Origin: Planctomycetota bacterium
GTDB taxonomy: Bacteria > Planctomycetota > UBA1135 > UBA2386
DNA: 64,000 nt
Assembly (NCBI GenBank): GCA_965228735.1
Contig: OZ245838.1
Location: forward strand, 640,001 to 704,000
Reading direction: 5' to 3'
Of the stretch, positions 58,326-64,000 are shown piece after piece; within the stretch, counting starts at the first letter, position 1, and the number at the start of each line of letters is the position of its first letter. The position numbers and the translations under genes were made by a program. Under the pieces are notes generated by a model, which did not search any database, was not told the DNA's origin, and worked only from the letters and a program-made list of their open reading frames with translations.

Positions 58326-60829
58326 AGGCGCGCTCCGAGTGCCGCGGCCACGCGCAGCAGGTCCGCGAACACGCCAGCCGCCGTGACGTCGGGACCGGCA
58401 CCCGGGCCCTGCACGACGAGCGGGTTGTCGCGGTAGCGCCGCGTCGTGAACTGCACGACGTTGTCCGTCGGGCGGATGTTGGCGAACGGGTGATCGCGGT
58501 CGACGGCCGTGAGTCCGACCGTCGGTTGGCCGTCGCGCAGCAACCGCGCGACGTAGCGCAGGACCTTGCCCTCCGACCGGGCCTGCTGCAGCCGCTGTTG
58601 CATCGGCCCGTCGAGCGCTTCGAGATCGGCGAGGAACGCGTCGCGGTCGCCGGCCCGCAGCGATTCTGGCACGAGGTTCTCGACCGCGACCTGCGCGAGC
58701 GCGAGGTCGACGCCGAGCTCGCGGGCGAGGATCACGACCTTGCGCGCGACGTCCGTGCCCGACAGGTCCTCGCGCGGGTCGGGCTCGGTGTAGCCGTTCG
58801 CGCGGGCCTCGCGGACCAGCCCGGAGAACGGGCGGTCGCCGTCGAACCGATAAAACAGGTACGCGAGCGTGCCCGAGAGGATGCCCTCGATGGCGATCAC
58901 GTCGTCGCCGGTGTCGATGAGGTCGCGCAGCGTCGAGACGATCGGCAACCCCGCGCCGCACGTCGCCTCGTAGCGGAAGCGGGCGCCGGTGCGCGCCCCC
59001 GCGGCCCGGATCGCACGGAAGCGGTCGAGGTCGCCGGCGCCGGCGTGCTTGTTGGGCGTGATCACGTGCACGCCGTGGTCGAGCCACTCGGCGTAGCGAT
59101 CGGCGACCGCCGAGCTCGCGGAACAGTCGAGCATCACGGCGTGCGGCAGGTGGGGCGCGTTCACGTGGGCGAGCAGCGCGCGCTCGTCGAGCTCGATCGC
59201 GTCCTGCTCGAACCGTTCGCGCCACTCGCGCAGGTCGATGCCGCGGTCGTCGAGCAGCATCCTGCGGCTGCTCGCGATCGCGCGCACCCGGAGATCGAGG
59301 TTGGCCTCCTCGCGGAAGCGCGCGCTCGCGGCCGCGAGCTGGTCGAGCAGCGCGCTGCCGACCTGGCCGGGGCCGACGAGCCCGACGGAGAGCGTCTGCG
59401 CTGACAGGTAGAAGCCGGCGTGCACGGCGCGCAACGCGCGTTCGGCATCCGCGGCGGCGACCGCGACGGAGATGTTGCGCTCGGAGGCGCCCTGCGCGAT
59501 CGCCCGCACGTTGGTCTGGCTCTTGCCGAGCGACTCGAACAACCGGGCCGCGATGCCCGGTGTGCCCGCCATGCCGTCGCCGACGATCGCGAGCACGTGG
59601 ATGCCGTCGGTCGCGGTCACGGATTGGATCTGGCCGCGATCGAGCTCGCGGGTGAACGCGTCCCGCAGCACCCGCACCGCGCGTTCGCTGTCGGTCTCGC
59701 GAACGACGCAGCAGATCGAATGCTCGCTCGAACCCTGCGAGATCATCACGACCGAGATGCCGGCGTGGTGCAGGGCGCCGAAGACGCGCTCCGCCGTGCC
59801 CGGCACGCCGATCATGCCGGCGCCCGCGACGTCGACGATCGCCATGTCGCGGATCGTCGTGAGCCCCGCGACCGGCATGTCGGCGCGGGCGGCGGTGCGC
59901 TGCGCGGCGATGACCGTGCCCTCGTGCTCGGGCCGGAACGTGTTGCGGATGCGCAGCGGGATGCCGCGCGTGATCGCGGGCGCCATCGTCTGCGGGTGGA
60001 TCACCTTGGCGCCGAAGTAGGCGAGCTCGCAGGCCTCGTCGTAGGACAGCGATTCGAGCAGCACGGCTTCGGGGACGACGCGCGGGTCGGCCGACAGCAC
60101 GCCGTCGACGTCGGTCCAGATCTGGATCTCGGCGGCGTCGGCGAGGGCGCCGAAGATCGCGCACGAATAGTCGCTACCGTTGCGGCCGAGGGTCGTCACG
60201 TGGCCGTTCGGATCGCGCGCGACGAAGCCGGTGATCACGACGCGGTCGGCCGGGTGCTCGCGCCGCCAGTTCGCGAACCGGGCCCGAGTGGCGTCCCATT
60301 CGACGGCGACACCGAGCTCCTCGTGGCTGACGACGAGGACGTCGCGGGCGTCGAGGCAGGCGACCGGCTGGCCCGAGCGCTCGGTCATGACCGCCGTCAG
60401 CAGGTGGGCGGCGAACACCTCGCCGAGGCCCTGCACGAAAGCCATGGAGTCGGGCGACGGCGCGCCGACGACGGCGAGCGCGTGCAGCACGTCGTCGAGC
60501 ATGTCGAACTGCTCGCCGAGCCAGGTCGTGACCTTGCTGCCGTCTCCGTGCAGCTCCGCGGCAACGTCGACGTGGCGCCGTCGCAGGGCGGCGCTCGCCG
60601 TCCGCCAGTCGTCGCTGCGCGCGGCCGCGAGTTCGCCGAGTTCGATCAACGCGTCGGTGACACCGCCCATTGCGGACACGACGACGAACTGTCGCGACTC
60701 CGGGCGCGCCAGCAAGAGGTCGGCGACGTGGCTGATCCGTTCGGCGCTCGCGAGGCTGCTGCCGCCGAACTTGTGCGCGATCGCCGAGCCGCTGGTGGCC
60801 GCGGCCGAGGAGGGGGACGGAGAACTCAC
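58322..60829 (-). CDS. thrA: bifunctional aspartokinase/homoserine dehydrogenase I
   Basis: HKFGGSS, TLGRNGSD, two ACT domains, GPGQVG, ITPNK, YEAT, EPDPREDLSG. Confidence 0.95.
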   Translation of the reverse strand: MSSPSPSSAAATSGSAIAHKFGGSSLASAERISHVADLLLARPESRQFVVVSAMGGVTDALIELGELAAARSDDWRTASAALRRRHVDVAAELHGDGSKVTTWLGEQFDMLDDVLHALAVVGAPSPDSMAFVQGLGEVFAAHLLTAVMTERSGQPVACLDARDVLVVSHEELGVAVEWDATRARFANWRREHPADRVVITGFVARDPNGHVTTLGRNGSDYSCAIFGALADAAEIQIWTDVDGVLSADPRVVPEAVLLESLSYDEACELAYFGAKVIHPQTMAPAITRGIPLRIRNTFRPEHEGTVIAAQRTAARADMPVAGLTTIRDMAIVDVAGAGMIGVPGTAERVFGALHHAGISVVMISQGSSEHSICCVVRETDSERAVRVLRDAFTRELDRGQIQSVTATDGIHVLAIVGDGMAGTPGIAARLFESLGKSQTNVRAIAQGASERNISVAVAAADAERALRAVHAGFYLSAQTLSVGLVGPGQVGSALLDQLAAASARFREEANLDLRVRAIASSRRMLLDDRGIDLREWRERFEQDAIELDERALLAHVNAPHLPHAVMLDCSASSAVADRYAEWLDHGVHVITPNKHAGAGDLDRFRAIRAAGARTGARFRYEATCGAGLPIVSTLRDLIDTGDDVIAIEGILSGTLAYLFYRFDGDRPFSGLVREARANGYTEPDPREDLSGTDVARKVVILARELGVDLALAQVAVENLVPESLRAGDRDAFLADLEALDGPMQQRLQQARSEGKVLRYVARLLRDGQPTVGLTAVDRDHPFANIRPTDNVVQFTTRRYRDNPLVVQGPGAGPDVTAAGVFADLLRVAAALGARL

Positions 60830-60984
60830 GGGACTTCAGATCGAACGGACGTCGGCGCGGACCGTAGCCGGAGTTCTCGTTCCGATCCCGTTCGGAGATC
60901 CCGGAATCGGGAGTAGATCCCGGCTCCCGGGCAACAGGTCGGGCGGGGCATTCGGCTACCGCCTGCTGTCCCCGAGGAGGCCCC

Positions 60985-62316
60985 ATGCGGATCCGTCATC
61001 TCCCGTCGCTCGTCACCGTCCTGTTCGTGCTCGCCGCCGCCACGGCCGCGGTCGTTCCGGCGCAGACGGAGCAGGCCCGCGACGGCGTCAAGCTCGTGCG
61101 GGTTCCCGAGCGCGTCGTGTTGCCGCCGGTGCCCGGCACGAATCTGCTCGTCGAGGCGCGGCCGACGCGGGCGCCCGACCGCATCTGGCTCGCGCGGGCC
61201 GAGGATCAGATCGGTGGTGTGCCGCTCTCGAGCAGCGGCGACGGTACCTGGCAGGTCAACCTCGCCGACCGGCGGGTCCTGCGGCTGCTGCCCGCCGGGC
61301 ACGCGGACGGGACCCTGCAGGTCTTCGCGCGATTCGGCGGTCGGACGGTCGCGAGCGCGCCGATCGCGTGGACGCGGCGCGAGCTGCCGCGCCAGGACGT
61401 GCGGTGCCTGCTCGTTTCGGCCGCGGGGCCGCGGCGCGAGGTCGAGGCCGGCCACGGCGTGTGGTTCGACCCGGCGACCGTCGAGCGCATCGAGATCCTC
61501 GGGGCCCGGGCGCCGCAGGCGCGCGTCATCGGTCGCGCCGGTGGTGTCGATCTGCCGTTCACCTACCGCGAGGCGGAACGCCGCTTCGAGCTGCAGCTCT
61601 CGGATGGATTGCGTGACAGCATGCAGGTGGCCGGCTTCTTCGACGTGGAGGTGCGCGTCGGGGAAGCGCTCGCGCTCTTTCCGAATCGCGTGATCCCCGA
61701 TCGTCTGCGCGGCGAGGAGGACCGCGAGTTCGTCGTGCTGCAGCGGCGGCGCGGCGACATCCCGGGCACGCGCGGCTGGCTCAACGTCCGGCTCGGCGAC
61801 ATCACGATGGGGCGCGTGGCGATGACGATCCGCGACGCGGCCGGCGGCATCGTCGCGGCGCCGCGCCTCGTGGACGAACGCGGGTTCGTCGAGTTCGAGC
61901 TCGGCACGGAGCGGTGCGTGCTGCGCATCGACAACCTGGTGAATCGACTGATCGGTGAGGATCACGCCGAACTCCGGGTGCTGCCGGCGAAGGACCACAG
62001 GCCGGACGTGATCGCGCTGCTGATCGCGCGCGTCGAAGCGAGCGCGGGCATCACGTTCTTGCGCGAGGGCAAGGAGTACGACAGTGCGACGGCGGCGCAG
62101 TTGCTGCGCGCCAAGGTCGGCAGCGTGCGCGGGCCGCGCCCGACGCCGGCGCAGTTCATCGAGCTCGGCAGTCGGTCGCGCACGACCGGCAACCCGTATC
62201 GGGTACGCCTCGCAGACGGCTCGGAACGGCCGGCGAAGGCGTGGCTGACCGAGTTGCTGCGCGAGGTCGAGAAGGCCGCCGGCCAGGCCGGTGGGGAACG
62301 CGCGCAGGACCGGTAG
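60985..62316 (+). CDS. secreted protein with C-terminal DUF5329 (YfeK-like) domain
   Basis: Signal peptide; FLREGKEY...LRAK...FIE..SRSRTTGNPY.V...WL; GAGGAGG RBS. Confidence 0.7.
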   Translation: MRIRHLPSLVTVLFVLAAATAAVVPAQTEQARDGVKLVRVPERVVLPPVPGTNLLVEARPTRAPDRIWLARAEDQIGGVPLSSSGDGTWQVNLADRRVLRLLPAGHADGTLQVFARFGGRTVASAPIAWTRRELPRQDVRCLLVSAAGPRREVEAGHGVWFDPATVERIEILGARAPQARVIGRAGGVDLPFTYREAERRFELQLSDGLRDSMQVAGFFDVEVRVGEALALFPNRVIPDRLRGEEDREFVVLQRRRGDIPGTRGWLNVRLGDITMGRVAMTIRDAAGGIVAAPRLVDERGFVEFELGTERCVLRIDNLVNRLIGEDHAELRVLPAKDHRPDVIALLIARVEASAGITFLREGKEYDSATAAQLLRAKVGSVRGPRPTPAQFIELGSRSRTTGNPYRVRLADGSERPAKAWLTELLREVEKAAGQAGGERAQDR

Positions 62317-62367
62317 CGCGGCCGCGACTTGCCGCGCGGGTCGCCGAGCCCCTACAACCGGCGGTGA

Positions 62368-63783
62368 ATGCTCGGCGACACGATCCTCGCACAGGCTACG
62401 GCGGACGGCGCAGGCGAGCGCGCGATCGTGCGGCTCTCGGGGCCGGCGGCGCGCGCGGTCGCGGCGCCGGTGTTCGCCCCGGCGTTGCCCGAGCAGCGTG
62501 GGCAGGCCGAGGGCACGCTGCGGATCCGTGACCGGGACGTGCCGGCGCTCGCGCTCGTGATGCCCGGGCCACGTTCGTTCACCGGCGAGGACGTCGTCGA
62601 GTTGCATCTGCCCGGGAGCCCGCTGCTCGTCGCCGGTCTGCGGGACGATCTGCTCGCGCGCGGCGCCGAGGCCGGCGTGCGACTCGCGCAGCCCGGTGAG
62701 TTCACCGCCCGCGCGTGCGCCAACGGGCGGCTCGATCTCGCGCAGGCCGAAGGGCTGCTCATGGTGCTGCACGCCGCCGATCGGCGCGCGCTCGCGACCT
62801 CGGCCCAGTGGCTGCGCGGCGGGATGTCGGAGGCGCTCGCGGCGCTGCGTGAGCGCCTTGGCGACGCGCTCGCGCTGCTCGAATCCGGGCTCGACTTCGA
62901 AGCGGGCGAGACCGGCACGGTGGCCGAGAGCGAGGTCGAGGCGCTGCTCGCGCCGGCGGGTGTCCGGATCGCCGAGTTGCGCGCGGCGCTGCCGGCGGCT
63001 GCCCCCGGGGGTGAGGTGCTGCTGCTCGGCGCGGCCAACGCCGGCAAGTCGTCGCTCTGCAACGCGCTCGCCAGACGCGCTGGAACGGCGACCCGGGAAC
63101 TGCTCGTCGATGCCGTCGCCGGCACGACGCGCGATCTCGTCCGGGTGCCGCTCGGGGCCTCGGGCGAAGGGGCCGGAGCGCACGGGGTCGGAGAGCACGG
63201 TGTCCGAGAGTACGGGGCTGTGCTGTGGGATGCGCCCGGCGACCTCGACGAGCCCGCGGCCTGGGACGCCGCCGCCTTGCAGCTGCGCGACCGTCTCGCG
63301 GGCCGGGCGGCCGCGGCGCTCGCGGTCATCGACGCGACGGCGCCGCGGTGGCCGGCGACTGGCGGAGCGACCGATCTGCCGTGGCTCGCGGTGGTGATCA
63401 CCAAGGCCGACGCGAGCGGCGAGGAACCGGCAGCGATCGAACGCGCCGTGCTCGCTGCACTCCCCGCCGCGGTCCGGGCGATCGCCGCGGACCTGCCGAG
63501 GATCACGACGAGTGCGACGACGGGCCTCGGGCTCGAGCCGCTGCTCGGCTTGTTGCAGCGCTCGGCCCGGGCCGCGACCACGGCCGCGGGCGCGCCGTTG
63601 CGCGCGCAGCTGCAGGCTGCCGCGGGTGCGCTCGAACGCGCCGACGACGCGCTCGCGCTCGGTCCCGAACTGGCCGTGGTCGAGTTGCAGGCCGCGCTCG
63701 CGGCGTTGGCCGTCGATGGCCGCGGTCATTCGGCGGAACCCGTGCTGGATCGGATCTACGGCCGGTTCTGCCTCGGCAAGTGA
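62368..63783 (+). CDS. mnmE: tRNA modification GTPase MnmE/TrmE, divergent
   Basis: IVRLSG, SFTGEDVVELH, GEFTARA, LDLAQAE, NAGKSS, GTTRD, C-terminal FCLGK. Confidence 0.88.
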   Translation: MLGDTILAQATADGAGERAIVRLSGPAARAVAAPVFAPALPEQRGQAEGTLRIRDRDVPALALVMPGPRSFTGEDVVELHLPGSPLLVAGLRDDLLARGAEAGVRLAQPGEFTARACANGRLDLAQAEGLLMVLHAADRRALATSAQWLRGGMSEALAALRERLGDALALLESGLDFEAGETGTVAESEVEALLAPAGVRIAELRAALPAAAPGGEVLLLGAANAGKSSLCNALARRAGTATRELLVDAVAGTTRDLVRVPLGASGEGAGAHGVGEHGVREYGAVLWDAPGDLDEPAAWDAAALQLRDRLAGRAAAALAVIDATAPRWPATGGATDLPWLAVVITKADASGEEPAAIERAVLAALPAAVRAIAADLPRITTSATTGLGLEPLLGLLQRSARAATTAAGAPLRAQLQAAAGALERADDALALGPELAVVELQAALAALAVDGRGHSAEPVLDRIYGRFCLGK

Positions 63784-63922
63784 TCCCGGTCCACCGGTCG
63801 GCCGTGGCCGGGGTCCGAGCGCGCCCTTCCGAGGGGCTCGACGCCCTGTGAGCGGATTGTTAGCATCCCGTGGGAAACCCTGGTTTGGTGGCCGCGGAAC
63901 GCAATTCCCGTGTTCTCGTCCT

Positions 63923-63952
63923 TTGACACACAAGGGGTTGGGGCGGTAACGT
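63923..63952 (+). promoter_or_regulatory. candidate sigma70 promoter for a transcript beyond the window
   Basis: TTGACA-N18-TAACGT. Confidence 0.45.
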
Positions 63953-64000
63953 CCCGAAGTCTCCTAGCGCTGGGTGCTCGAGGTCAGTCGACACCCGCTT

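Noticed and set aside
63784..64000. oriC next to mnmE
   Set aside because: No DnaA-box cluster or AT-rich unwinding element visible in the available 217 bp

Overview
High-GC bacterial chromosomal window. The gene repertoire (membrane-anchored ECF sigma factor, sulfatase, GldAFG-like ABC system, secreted proteins with lineage-type C-termini) suggests an uncultured Planctomycetota-like organism; this is inference. Bases 1-3681 are one end of an integrated element (VWA protein, membrane protein, excisionase-like HTH, tyrosine integrase) abutting tRNA-Gly(CCC), and the integrase ORF runs into the tRNA. Next comes an M61/M1-like peptidase split by a complete IS256. The rest is mostly backbone: DUF1826-zigA, can, a threonine dehydrogenase-like SDR, arylsulfatase, two C45 peptidases, an amidase, an MBL hydrolase, guaBA, clpP, rho, a gldAFG-like operon, DUF58/BatA-VWA genes, thrABC and mnmE. 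The most notable observations are: (1) a stand-alone, divergent rplC (uL3) outside the S10 operon, followed by a small basic ORF coupled to an HI0933/YhiN(RdsA)-family flavoprotein; (2) three unrelated secreted proteins sharing a candidate C-terminal sorting domain; (3) many genes with a leaderless-type -10 box 6-8 nt before the start codon; (4) two 119-bp REPIN-like palindromes and an IS630-type MITE; (5) an ATP-cone nuclease and a Rho carrying Arg/Gly-rich disordered tails; (6) a deletion scar joining two 5'-truncated divergent genes. All calls come from motif recognition by eye; no searches were run.
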